DNA of 63,925 nucleotides, filler included, from Octopus bimaculoides (GCF_001194135.2; 6 parts of 5 records of this genome joined end to end with filler, not necessarily neighbours in it), one strand, 5' to 3'. Shown: positions 39,193 to 52,430, counted from the whole stretch's first letter. Notes: generated from the sequence alone by a model not told the origin. A program made the numbers and translations.

Positions 39193-39415
39193 GAGCTGGC
39201 AGAAACGTTAGCAGGCGGACGAAATACTTAGCGGTATTTCATCTGCCGCTACGTTCTGAGTTCAAATTCCGCTGAGGTCGACTTAGCCTTTCATCCTTTC
39301 GGGGTCGATTAAATAAGTACCAGTTACGCACTGGGGATCGATATAATCGACTTAATCCGTTTGTCTGTCCTTCTTTGTCCCCTCTGTGTGTAGCCCTTGT
39401 GGGCAGTAAAGAAAT

Positions 39416-39420
<5 letters not shown>
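39193..39420 (+). mobile_element. SINE family A, young copy with (GATA)n tail
   Basis: Close match to the family pattern; inserted directly after the RTE tail. Confidence 0.85.
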
Positions 39421-39475
<55 letters not shown>

Positions 39476-40419
39476 CTTCAAAGGAATTCCATAAAAAACC
39501 CTTTGTATATAGGGAATAAAATTTGGATTACTTCGGAAGATATGCATTTAACTGCAATTTATTTAATCGTATAGTGTTGATATCATAAGTGTTATAAAGA
39601 ATCTCATATGGGCAAGCATCTATATATGCCACACACATAAAATAGATTCAACATCCGGAAGAAATTATTTATATTATAAAGACCACGGGGCTAAGTTATC
39701 TGAAGGTGGCGCTCCAGCATGGCTGCAGTCAAATGAATGAAACAAGTAAATGAATATAGATGGAGCGACGTAAGATATAATGCTGGAAAACTTATCAACA
39801 GCAATTGTGTTTGTTTCCACATAGGAATAAATCTTGATTCACTGACTTTTAATTTTCTATTTCATATAGAAGGAATTTCCACAGTAAACCATGTTACTCT
39901 ATGCTTTAAGAGGCGGGGAAGAGGTTGGCGTCAAGGAAAGTTAACAAACTGTAAACAACACTTCAAAAGACGGAGCCACAATGAATGAATTAATTATTTC
40001 TCTGGTGAAAACCTACAAATCAACAACATTATACATAAAGGGGTTTTTCATTACCCAAAAGGGACTAATAAAGATGGGACATCACAAGGACATGAGGGGA
40101 AATATAGCAAACAGAAAACGAATGTTATAATGCATGATACATGAAAAATGAAAAACGGAATGAAATTCTCTCAGCCCCACCTCTGAGAGAACTTCATTTA
40201 TACCTTTTTGTACTTCGTGCCTGCCAAGATAACAAAGTGGTATTCCTTCAAAAATTGCATGTATTATAGGTGCCAAAGCAAATTCCCGATTTCCAAGTCT
40301 ATCTTCCATATTTTGAAACTGCTTTTGAATGATTTAATCCGTTCCTTCTGTCCTTCATTCAGGAGTGGCTATGTGGTAAGTAGCTAGCTTATCGAGAGGA
40401 CAGGTAAGACTTTTGTGTT

Positions 40420-41538
40420 TTGGGGGATTTATATCTCTTTATTACCCACTAGGGGCCAAACAAAGAAAGGGACAAAACATCTGATTGGGGTCAGATAACA
40501 CGTATGGGGTTACAAAAATATGAAACAATTAAAAATATAATAAAATCGAAAATCGAATGTTTACAACAAACAACACACAAAACAATATAGACAGATGAAG
40601 TGGGGGACTGGGTTACGCTCCGNNNNNNNNNNNNNNNNNNNNNNNNNNNNNNNNNNNNNNNNNNNNNNNNNNNNNNNNNNNNNNNNNNNNNNNNNNNNNN
40701 NNNNNNNNNNNNNNNNNNNNNNNNNNNNNNNNNNNNNNNNNNNNNNNNNNNNNNNNNNNNNNNNNNNNNNNNNNNNNNNNNNNNNNNNNNNNNNNNNNNN
40801 NNNNNNNNNNNNNNNNNNNNNNNNNNNNNNNNNNNNNNNNNNNNNNNNNNNNNNNNNNNNNNNNNNNNNNNNNNNNNNNNNNNNNNNNNNNNNNNNNNNN
40901 NNNNNNNNNNNNNNNNNNNNNNNNNNNNNNNNNNNNNNNNNNNNNNNNNNNNNNNNNNNGCCCGTCTTGTTCCCTTCCATTCTAGTCTTCCACACAACCT
41001 CTTTCGCTACTGCTACTGTAATGAGGAAACATTTCTTACCTTAGTTTGATAACAAACTTGGCGGGTCAATTTTTATAATTGACTCAGCCGACAACTGTAC
41101 TCTTCCTTCACTTGACATTAGGTGTTCCACGTAAACCCACCTTTCAGAGACCTCCGGATACCGTACAATAGCGTGCGAGACGGTTTCCCTATCCCGCCCG
41201 CATCTTGGACAGGTCGGTGATATCTGCGTTCCATGTCCTGCAAGTTTATCGCGAACGGGCAAGGCTCCTCTGTATCATTGCCAGGTCAAAGACATTTGGA
41301 AATTATCCAACGACTTCAACCCGAATGTACGGAAGAACAGGCTGTCGAGTTCAATAAATCCGAGACCCAGAGTCGTTCCCAGGTCATCGTCACATTCTGC
41401 CTCTACTAATCCTCTACAAAAGAATGCTGTAGAACCCCCGCTGCCGGCGTTGCCCGAGCGACGGAATAGCAGGAGGGCCTTACGACACTCCGTGTACCAC
41501 ATGCTCAACCTCGGTCTACAATAGCACCAAGCTTCCTT
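40420..41538 (-). mobile_element. L1/Tx1-clade LINE 3' portion (zf-RVT region and 3' UTR)
   Basis: SLTWQ*YRGALPVRDKLAGHG..SPTCPRCGRDRETVSHAI and FLITVAVAKEVVWKTR. The 3' UTR ends GGCCCCTAGTGGGTAATAAAGAG. The element spans an N gap. Confidence 0.8.
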
Positions 41539-41649
41539 NNNNNNNNNNNNNNNNNNNNNNNNNNNNNNNNNNNNNNNNNNNNTTAATTAATTAANNNNNN
41601 NNNNNNNNNNNNNNNNNNNNNNNNNNNNNNNNNNNNNNAACAAAACTTC

Positions 41650-41985
41650 GAATACAAAAATATTTTTCTGTTCTATAACACAAAATAGATAAGTATACGA
41701 AGTTTTAAAGTCTTTCGGTACCAAAAACACTACGTAAAACATTAATGAAAATATGGCCCCCGTTTTAAAAACGATCCAATGTAAACAACTGAATACTTGT
41801 CAGTGATTGGTTGAAATTATCGAAATAAGACAATTTTTTTACATGAAATAAATTTGAATACAAAAATATTTTTCTGTTCTATAACACAAAATAGATAAGT
41901 ATACGAAGTTTGAAAGTCTTTCGGTACCAAAAACACTACGTAAAACATTAATGCAAAATGTGGGCGCCCGTTTTAAAATAGATCC
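41650..41985 (+). repeat. Tandem repeat with ~206-bp period, 1.6 copies
   Basis: GAATACAAAAATATTTTTCTGTTCTATAACACAAAATAG.. starts at 41650 and 41856; the copies are nearly identical. Confidence 0.9.
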
Positions 41986-42075
41986 GGAATCTGTAGATAT
42001 GCCCATACGCAGATATTTATCAAAACAGAACTTGAAACTTTGAGAAACATACGTGTTAGTATATTTGTACACCCA

Positions 42076-42109
<34 letters not shown>

Positions 42110-42590
42110 ATTAGATTCTGATATAATCGTAACCTACACCATCTGAAAAAAGTTTGCAGAAACAAAGTCGAAAAGGGCACACTTGGGTAGATATACCATT
42201 TAAAACATAGTTCGCAAACCCTAGTAATATTTGCGTGATCTTTTACAGGTCTGCAGACTTGAAATGCTGCTCTTAATAGTCACTTAATGAGAGTCTCTAA
42301 TCAATGAACATTCTCTGCATGGTCATTCGACGTGTTAGAAATAGCAGCCAAATATTCTTCAAATAACATTCTACTTCATCTATTAATTTATCAATTTCAG
42401 GTGATTTTTTTAATAATGTAACCCTAGATAGAGCTATGTCTGAATAAACGACTAAATGTTTATGGTTAGAACAGTTTTTATCGCAGGGTTTACTCAACCA
42501 GAGCTGAGCTGGATAGAAATAATATTAATAGAGGGAAACATGAAGTCAATATTTTCGTTTTTTTTTTTTTACTTCTCTTCAGTTTTAAAG

Positions 42591-42826
42591 CAGTGGTTCT
42601 CGACCACTTTTTATCTATGGACCACTTGAATTCCTATTTGAGTCAGTCGATGTGTGTGAAAAAGAACCCTACTGTATTTTTATGATTAAGTATTATTATG
42701 AATTGTACTGAAAAATTATTTTGTGTATTGTCAAAGTGTAAGCAATTTATTGCACGTCAATTTTAACCCCTAAATACTATATGGGCCCCACCCCAAGGGC
42801 CATATGGACCCGGTTGAGAATCATTG
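42591..42826. mobile_element. hAT (Charlie-like) MITE
   Basis: TIRs CAGTGGTTCTCGACC and GGTTGAGAATCATTG. The 8-bp flanks TTTTAAAG and CTTTAGAG match at 6/8. Confidence 0.75.
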
Positions 42827-43500
42827 CTTTAGAGGTTTCATAAGCGAGTCAATTCCTTAAAAACTGAGTAATTAACAGGCCCTCAAAACTAGGGACTTTT
42901 TTCAACCTGCTAGATATAGTAGTTAACTGTCCTCCAAATCATAGAAAAGAAAGAAAAAGAACGAACACATTGGATAATACAAACATTAAGAAGAAAATAA
43001 AATATAAAAAAAGACAGGGTTCGGGGTTGTCAACCGTTGCAATATTATAAAACATGTCAGCTCGTTTAACAAAAATTTATTACATATATAACGTATGTAT
43101 ATGAATAATACAAAGCCCAAGGGACGAAAATCGCCAATAAACAAGCTAGTATAAATGTGAATACTTACTCATGATTTCGGAGTTAGTTTAGACACTGAAG
43201 AAGTGGTTGTTGTCACTTGTAACTTGTCTTTCTCTAAGACAACTGTTGAAGGAAGTTTAAGACAGTCCGTTCTGCTGTTATTAACAGTCAACCTCCACGC
43301 ACCTACTAACACACGAACGTCTTCAGCAGGTATCTCCTCTCCTCCCCTCACTCTCTCTCTCTCTCTCTCTCTCTGTCTAACAGCCTCTGTCTATCTGCTT
43401 GTGTGTCTCTCTCTCTCCCACTCTCTTTCTTTCTCTACGTACTCACATTCACACATACATACATTTCACCTCTCTTTCTTCTCTACATACTTAGTTAGTC

Positions 43501-43858
43501 GGCACTCCGTCGCTTACGACGTCAAGGGTTCGTTCAGCGGAACAGCCTGCTCGTGAAATTAACGTGCAAGTGGCTGAGCACTCCACAGACACGTGTACTT
43601 TTAACGTAGTTCTCGGGGATATTCAGTGTGACACAGAATGTGACAAGACTGACCCTTTGAATTACAGGCACAACAGAAACAGGAAGTAAGAGTGAGAGAA
43701 AATTGTGGTGGAAGAGTACAGCAGGGTTCTCCACCCGTCCCCTGCCGGAGCCTCGTGGAGCTTTAGGTGTTTTCGCTCAATAAACACTCACAACGTCTGG
43801 TCTGGGAATCGAAACCGCGAGTCCGCTGCCCTAAACCACTGGGCCATTGCGCCTCCAC
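43501..43858 (-). mobile_element. SINE family C
   Basis: Reverse complement of the 34285-34650 pattern; CTCTACATAC on both flanks is a possible TSD. Confidence 0.85.
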
Positions 43859-43874
43859 TCTCTCTCTACATACA

Positions 43875-44225
43875 TACTGTAAATACTCGACTAAAAGTCG
43901 ATCTCATGTAAAAGTCGATCCCCTATTTTGGGCCAAAAATTGGGAATTTTCTATAGACCTCGTATAAAAGTCGACCCTAGTATTTCACGAACAACAGGAC
44001 AACATTTGTGGGCCAAGGTACCATATTATCCTTGTACGTAGAAAGAATACTTTTCATTGTTTTTATTCGCTTAGAGATCAGTTGGGTTTCTGCTACTGAT
44101 ACGATACTTGGGATTCTAGCTTGAATTTCGGCCCCTCAAAAGTAGTATCCATGTAATAGTCGACCCCATAAATTTGACCTTAAAAAAATGGTCCAGAAAA
44201 TTCGATTTTTACACGAGTACATACA
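43875..44225. mobile_element. Tc2/pogo-like MITE
   Basis: TA-CTGTAAATACTCGACTAAAAGTCGA left end and ..TTTTACACGAGTACATAC right end, with internal AAGTCGA repeats. Confidence 0.6.
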
Positions 44226-44599
44226 TACATACATACGTCTAGATATACAAGTATATGCATGAGAAGACATACATAAAGCAAAACATACAAATCTGCATGT
44301 ATACGTATGTAGTGACTTCATTTGGGCATAGAGTAGATTCGAACCTGAATCGGCAAATTTCCGCTAACATTTCAACAGCATTTTTTTCTCACAGAAAAAT
44401 GGAAGTTGATAAAAGTTACATTCAACACATGGCTTTGCCAAGTCAATTTGTGTGTTTTCCATTTGACTTTTAACCTTTTTTTCATGCCATGAAAAGTTGA
44501 AATGAGACAAGAGCGACCTACATCGAACTACCCATTGTGCTCAACAATATATCCCTCTTTCTAGCTTGTCTGCATAGCTATAAATACTAGAATTCCGTA

Positions 44600-45020
44600 A
44601 GGAATAATCGGACAAGCAGAAAGCAGACCAGTAGAGATTACAGCAGCGGAGACACTGAAAGAGATGCTTGATAAGTGGAATGTGCACCGCTTCTTCAGAA
44701 CAGCGTACAGGCTGAGTGAAAATGAGATCTTGGAAAGACATCATCGAACGATCAAGGCCATAGCGAAGAGGAGGCGCATCTCATCGCTGGAAGCAGGGTT
44801 CTGGTGCATTGTGTCGCCCCGATCAAGACAGGCTGAAGAGTCTGTGCCATACAGAGCGATGTTCAGATATGAATGGCGGCATCCAAGTAAACCATCAGAA
44901 TGCCCTGCGGAAGAGAGAAAAACCCGTCTTCATGGAGGTGGGAGATGAAGTCTGGGTCAAACCCCTAAGGCACACTGCACATCACAGGGGAAGAGAGGAA
45001 CAGTAACGGCTGTTAAAATC
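44600..45020 (+). mobile_element. Gypsy integrase fragment
   Basis: MLDKWNVHRFFRTAYRLSENEILERHHRTIK..FRYEWRHP..EVGDEVWVKP corresponds to the AYxPxxNGxxER integrase core and downstream region. Confidence 0.8.
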
Positions 45021-45860
45021 CTCCCTCAAAACTGCGGGTCTCGTGTGAAAATCAAAAGCCATTGAAAAGGATGAGCATGCAAAATCATTACGGCATGGAG
45101 AAAATGTTACGAAGCATTTCTTCCTGTGTTTTACATTCTGTGTTCAAACCCTGTCGAGGTTAGCAATGCCTTTCATCCATTTGGGATTGATAAAATAAAG
45201 TACCGTGGGCCATTTTAGCAGAAAAGTAGGTCGGCACTAGGAAGGGACTCAAGTTGTAGAAACCATGCTGCAGCAAGCTTAGTGCAGTTTTCTGATTTGC
45301 CAGCTTCTGTCAAACCATCCAACCCATGCCATCATGGAAAACAGTTGTAACTGATGATAAGCCCCAGAGCAAAGGAATCTGCTGAGGTTCCCTACATACA
45401 TAGCAGCAATGTAAACAGATTAGCATTGGGACCCCTGGACAACTGTCCAGTGTGTCTACGCTTGGAAACAGTACTGAAACTATTAGTTATATACCTAGAT
45501 CAATGACATCAGAAAGTCCTTCACCTAAAAAACTGTTGGCTTTGAAACTAAAACAATTTCTTTGTTCCTCTGAAAATGTTTTGACAGTGTATATCACAAG
45601 ACATCGTGAGAGTTTAGTTTCTTAATAAAAAACATTATTCTCTTTTCTCACAAACACAAGCAGGCATAACCTAGTGTTAAAACCATTTGACATTTCGGAA
45701 GTGGGTTGCACAACTAGAATGTAGGGCAGTCATATCAATGCACAAATAAGTCAAATACTAGCAATGAAAGTGTGGTTTTCCTATGCACATACATACACAT
45801 CACACAGATATACACATATATATATATACCACCACATATACATACATATATACATGCCAT

Positions 45861-45909
<49 letters not shown>

Positions 45910-46027
45910 NNNNNNNNNNNNNNNNNNNNNNNNNNNNNNNNNNNNNNNNNNNNTTAATTAATTAANNNNNNNNNNNNNNNNNNNNNNNNNNNNNNNNNNN
46001 NNNNNNNNNACTGCTTTAATAATAATG

Positions 46028-46061
<34 letters not shown>

Positions 46062-46062
46062 A

Positions 46063-46470
46063 GGCATAGGAGTGGCTGTGTGGTAAGTAGCTTGCTTACG
46101 AACCACATGGTTCTGGGTTCAGTCCCACTGCATGGCACCTTGGACAAGTGTCTTCTACTATAGCCTCGGGCCAACCAAAACCTTGTGAGTGGATTTGGTA
46201 GACGGAAACTGAAAGAAGCCCGTCGTATATATGTATATATATGTGTATGTGTGTCCGTGTGTGTGTGTTTGTGTGTCTGTGTTTATCCCCCTAGCATTGC
46301 TTGAAAACCGATGCTTTTGTGTTTAAGTCCCTGTAACTTAGCGGTTCGGCAAAAGTATCCGATAGAATAAGTACTAGGCTTACAAAGAATAAGTCCTGGG
46401 GTTGATTTGCTCATCTAAAGGTGGTGCTCTAGCATGGCCACAGTCACATGACTGAAACAAGTAAAAGAGT
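46063..46470 (+). mobile_element. SINE family B (tRNA head, CORE-like segment, internal microsatellite, second domain)
   Basis: GGAGTGGCTGTGTGGTAAG..GGTTCAGTCCC..ACCTTGG(G)CAAGTGTCTT..; 3' end GGTGCTCTAGCATGGCCACAGTC..GAAACAAGTAAAAGAG. Partial copies at 3305-3510(-), 10563-10718(+), 27327-27475(+), 47545-47720(-), 48322-48620(-), 49015-49310(+), 52170-52325(+) and 58030-58240(+). Confidence 0.85.
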
Positions 46471-47102
46471 AATAATTATAATAATAAAATTGATAAATAT
46501 TAATAATAAAATATAATAATAATAATAAAGAAATATATTTATTGAGAAGTTGGTTCTTCTCTGTAAAGACATGAAATTTTTAAAATGTATTTTCAGTTAA
46601 GTAAAAGCAAAAACTGAAAAGTTTCAGTATGCAATAAATAAATAAATAGATAAAAAGAAGAAAAATGTAGAAGAAAAAGTGAAGGATAAGGAAAAATAAG
46701 TAGATAAAAAAAAATTGTTACAGAATGTAAAATTGATGTGACATTTTCTGTAATTCTTGCCATGTTGGGCATGTTATATGAAACAATTGCAGCATATTGG
46801 TTCTTCCCTGGAGTATGCTATATTCTGATGACAGAAACGCGAAATAAGAAATATTAAAAAAATATATAAATAAATAAAAGTGATAAAAGAGATGTATGTA
46901 AGGACATGTGAGAGAAAAGGAGAGAGGAAGAGAGAGAGAGGGAAAGGGGGAGAGATATATAGAGAGAGGAGAATGAGACTGTGAACGAACTCTGTAATAT
47001 TATGGAGTTAATCTAAGCTGCATTGCCCCAAAAAAGTGGCACCAGTTATTTTATTGTTGCTTTGTTAAACTAGCAATAGTTTATTTGTTAACAACATATA
47101 TA

Positions 47103-47135
<33 letters not shown>

Positions 47136-47334
47136 GTGTGTGTGAAGGAGAGAGAGAGAGAGAGAAAGTGGGAGGGGGCAGAGACTGATAGAGACAGAGT
47201 AATATTGCCTGCGTATTGTGTAAACCATTCTAAGCAGTATTGCTCCAAAAAAACAGCACTGTTGCTTTTTGTCTGTTTGTTTTATGATGTTGAACTAGTA
47301 ATAACTTATTTATCAACCATGTGTAGATGATTGA

Positions 47335-47418
<84 letters not shown>

Positions 47419-47758
47419 GTGAAAGACAGAGGGGAAAGAGAGAAAGGGAATAGTGTGTGGCATGTTCTGAAAATTTTGAAAATGTGGTCTTATTGTCAGC
47501 AAATCAAATCAGTGTTTTTTGTTACTGTTATTTTCTTTTTTATCTTTTACTTGTTTCAGTCATTTGACTGCAATCATGCTGGAGCACTACCTTGAAGGGT
47601 TTTAGTGGAACAAATCGACCTAGTACTTATTCTATCGGTCTCTTTGGCTGAGCTGCTACGTTACAAAGACATAATCACACCAAGAGCAGCTATCAAGTGG
47701 TGATGGGGGACAAACACAAACACAAAAACACACACACACACACACATAGATACAGACA

Positions 47759-47790
<32 letters not shown>

Positions 47791-47819
47791 CGCACAGACA
47801 TGACAGAAGTAAATAGACA

Positions 47820-48320
47820 CCACATGAAACATCGTTTTATGTTTATTCTAATTTGTAAAGGTTTATATTCTTTTATTAATTGACATTTTTATGTTTTGGG
47901 TTCTGTATGTGACTGTTTAATAATGCCATGTACAAAAGAAGCCTTGGAACTGTCTGAATTTCAAAGAGGCCATATTGTGGGGCATTCTGAAGTTGGACAT
48001 AGCATAAAATCAAAGAAAACCTTGGGATCCCACTCTTTGTAGCTACTAGAGTGGTTGTGCAATTCACCAGAGAGGGGAAGGAATTCATATCACCTTTCCC
48101 AGATCAATCAGGGCCCTCTGACAGGACCCTTCTCTTTGCTAAGAGAAGTGTGGAGGATAATCCTCATTGCAAGGCCTTAATGACATTATGTCAATGGTCT
48201 GCCAATAAAGGGTGAATTATGAACATGATCTTAGACCTATGCACACGAACACTATTGATTGTTCATTGTAATGAGCCTGTCCAATTAATTCTTTGACTAA
48301 ATTTCATTGGTAGAACACTG
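47820..48320 (+). mobile_element. Tc1-like transposon remnant
   Basis: ATG at 47923 gives MPCTKEALELSEFQRGHIVG..NLGIP, a paired-like HTH. Ends in a ..GAACACTG TIR-like terminus. Confidence 0.7.
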
Positions 48321-48488
48321 TTCAACCTCAATACTTATTTTTTAAGTCTGGTACTTATTGTATTTGTTTGTTTTGCTGAACTGCTAAGTTACAGGGACAT
48401 AAACGAACCAACACCGGTTTGTCAAGCATTGGTGGGGGATAAGCACAAATACAAGAATGCATGCACACACATACACAAACATACACAC

Positions 48489-48536
<48 letters not shown>

Positions 48537-49053
48537 CATACACACACACAAACACACACACGCACACACACAAGGAGATTCTTACAGTTTCCATCTACCA
48601 AACCTTCTCACAAGGCATTTCTCATGTTACTAAAAGTTTTGTGGACATTAGAAGACACAACCAACTCCACAAACTTATGGAGACAAAGTGGAAAAAAAAA
48701 ACGAAATAGATTTATTCTTGCTGGGAGAACTTAATAGGTGAGCTCAGGTCATATTGCTGTAGTTGTAATCCAGTAACAACAGATTTAACACTCCACGTGG
48801 TTATCAATGTCACTTGATGTCAATGAAGCATGGTATTTCATGCATCAGCAATATCTCCATTTGAGGTACAAGGTGGGAAGCAATGGCTTCTATGTTACCA
48901 AAAGAGTTAAACATCTGATTGGCTGTTGCAATCACATGTGTGCAGTGATATCTTAGCGACAACAGGGGAAAGCTACACAAGTGTGGGTGGAATGTCTGCT
49001 GAGTAATTGAAATGCTTTATGAGTGGATTTGGTAGATGGAAACTGTAAGAATA

Positions 49054-49096
<43 letters not shown>

Positions 49097-49534
49097 ATGC
49101 ATTCTTGTGTTTGTGTTTATCCCCCACCAATGCTTGACGAACTGGTGTTGGTTTGTTTATGTCCCTGTAACTTAGCAGTTCAGCAAAACAAACTAATACA
49201 ATATGCACCAGAATTAAAAAGCAAGTATTGAGGTTGATCTTTTTGACTAAGCCCTTCAAGGTGTTGCCCCAGCATGGCCACAGTCAAATGAGTGAAACAA
49301 GCAAAAGACAAACACAAAGACAGATAACTTCTATGGCAGCAACAAGAAATGACAGCATTTCTATTAATGGAAACCCAATGCAGGCTGTTGGAGTTATATG
49401 CAGCTATTCTTAGTGGCTGAATTGGCAATTGTGAGCATTCAGTGAGTAAGGTGGAGGCCTGTCAAGAATGGTCCGTTTCGTGTTGGGTGAGGTGTTGCTG
49501 TGACCACATATACATACACACATGCACGTAAATA

Positions 49535-49711
49535 GGTGCAGGTATGGTTGTGTCATAAGAAGCTTGCTTCCCAACCACATGATACCGTGTTCAGTCCCAC
49601 TGCATGGTACCTCAGGCAAGTGTCTTCTACTATAGCCTCAGTCTGATCAAAACCTGGTGAGTAGATATAGTAGATGGAAACTGAAAGAAGCCTGTTGTAT
49701 ATATATATGTA

Positions 49712-49809
<98 letters not shown>

Positions 49810-50005
49810 TATCTGTGTTTGTCCCCCCACCACTGCTTGACAATCGGTGTTAGTGTATTTATGTCACTGTAACTTTTCGATTTGGCAAAAGCAACTGATA
49901 GAATAAATACCAATCTTATAAAATAAGTACTAGGGTTGGTCCATTTGACTAAAATTTCAAGGCGGTTCTCAAGCATGGCTGCCGTCTAATGACTGAAACA
50001 AATAA
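49535..50005 (+). mobile_element. SINE family B with expanded internal (GT)n
   Basis: Both halves are present around the (GT)n run at 49718-49806. Confidence 0.8.
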
Positions 50006-50129
50006 AAAAATACATATTTGCAAAGTGGTTGTGTTCCTTTCGAGTGTTGGGCCTCATGGTGGCAATGACCATGACCTTTGGCATTATGTCATGCTTGAGA
50101 AGAAGACCCATGAAGCTGAACAAAATTGC

Positions 50130-50355
50130 AGTCGTAGCAGATACCGGTGTCAAGCAAATTAGCACCCATGCCAGTGGCATGTAAATGCACCCCAGTGTCA
50201 TGCAAATGGCACCCGTGCTGGTGACATGTAAAAGCACCCATTACACTCTCAGAGTTGTTGGCATTGGGAAGGGCATCCAGCCATAGAAAAACATACCAAA
50301 TCAGACTGGAGCCTGGCACAGCCTTCCGACATGCCAGCCCAGTCAAACATCCCAA
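50130..50355 (+). mobile_element. RTE-like 3' UTR fragment
   Basis: CATGTAAAAGCACCCATTACACTCTC..GGAAGGGCATCCAGC matches 38980-39120. Smaller remnants lie at 45230-45360, 52330-52400 and 56622-56800. Confidence 0.75.
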
Positions 50356-50445
50356 CAACAATAACAATAATAATAATAATAATATAAATAACATGTCAGA
50401 TGTTTTAGTGTATGACTGTTGGCCCACTCTATATATCTGTATATT

Positions 50446-50500
<55 letters not shown>

Positions 50501-52396
50501 ACACACACACACACACATACGCACACAAACACACTGGTTATACAATGACTATATACACATACAAACACACATGTATTTGTATATATGCATGTATACATAT
50601 AGCAAGCAAAGTAGCTAGTTAGAAAATCTCTGTAAGAGATGAAAGTAGTAACTATACTGAGAAGTTATGTTTGTAACCACTTAAACATGGCTGTTCCGTA
50701 GGAACTGATGTTACTACCATTTTTAACCCCAAGTGGATGCCTCCTCTAGCTAGTTGGTGATGCAATCTGCACCCAATATATATTACAAACAGGGGAGCAA
50801 ACTTCTATCATCTTCTAGCAACTTGTGTGTGTGTGCTATACTATACATTCTTCTGCTTGCTCCAAGATGATACACTTATTTCCTCTTATTCCTCCACCCC
50901 TTCTTCCCCTAGGTCCTATCTTTATACCTACATGCATGCCCACAACCATTTTCTTTGCCCTTTCCCTCTACCCACCTCTTGTCCCTTCCTATTCCCTTCC
51001 AATCTCCCCCCACACCCACACACATACACTGATGGGCACACTCATAATTTTTTGAAGGCAGAGGTAAGTCAATTACATTAACCCCCAATGTTCAATGGGT
51101 ATCTATTTTACCAACTCCGAAAGAATGAAAGACAATGTCATCTTGAATTGAATTTGGAACCAGGTATACGGAACCAGAAGAAAATGCAACTGAGTATTTT
51201 GTCTGACTCGTTAAGTTCTACCTGCTCATCACATCAAAGAATTTAAATATTAGTTTCAAATTTTGGCACGAGGCCAGCAATTTTGGAGGAGGCATTTAGT
51301 CAATTACATTGATCCCAGTACTCTACTGGTACTTATTTTATTGACGCTAAAATGATGAAAGGTGAAGTCGACCTTGGCAGAATTTGAACTCAGAACATAA
51401 GAATGGATGAAATGCCACTATGCACGTTGCCTGGCATACTAACAATCCTGCCACCTCATCATCTTAAAAAGATTTAAATGTTATTAATGTGTTACTGAGT
51501 TACAAAAATACATAGCAATTTCTGTTAATAAATTATAATAAAGTCAACAGAGAATCATTACGGTTTAAAACAAAATTTTGCATTAAATAAAACTCATATT
51601 CAGCAGAACGTCACAGAATTCACATTTACTTAAATCTTTATGAGAAAAATATGGAATAACTAAAGAGAAATTCTAGACATTTTTTTAAACACCAATTGAT
51701 GCGAGCATAAAATGATTTGTATGTTTTGCCATAATTCTTGCGTGTTAATTAACATAAAAATATAATATTATTTTCATAATGTATGTGTATGCATGTGTTC
51801 CTGTATGCATCTATTTGAAGTCTGTGTGAATGCATGCATTTGATAATGCGGGTGTGTATTAGTATTTACGTGTCTGTGTAAGAGTGTTCTCACACAGATA
51901 CATATCTGTGTTTTTGTTTGTGTTTTTGTTTGAGTGACGTGTGTTCATGTAAATGATGGAATATGTCAGTGAAAAACTATGGCTTTCATTATGGTCAGTA
52001 GGTTCCAGCATTCTGGCTTGATTGGCTGAAAATAGCTAAAGAAAAGACCCAATATAGTAATATTCCTAAGATTTCACCACTATATTAGGAGCATAAATAA
52101 GGCAATGTGTTGGAGGAATCGTTAGAGCAGTGGTTCTCAACTGGAGTTCATATGGTTTTTTTTTATATACATTAGCTGCATGGTAAGAAGCTTACTTCCC
52201 AACCTCATAGTTTTGGGTTCAGGCCTACTGCACAATACCTTGTGTAAGTGTCTACTACTATAACCTTGGTCCACCAAAGCCTTATGAGTGGATTTGGTAG
52301 ATGGCAACAGAAAGAAGCCCATCATATATATATATTAGCCCTGGTCAAACCGTCCAACCTATGCCAGCATAGACAATGGATGTTAACTGATGGTAA

Positions 52397-52430
<34 letters not shown>

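Noticed and set aside
40082-40309. 75-aa ORF as a host exon
   Set aside because: No recognisable motif or clear splice sites.
45400-45635. Ser/Pro-rich open frame (+) or a 30-nt microexon (-) at about 45500-45530
   Set aside because: Splice signals are weak or of chance level, with no supporting neighbouring exons.
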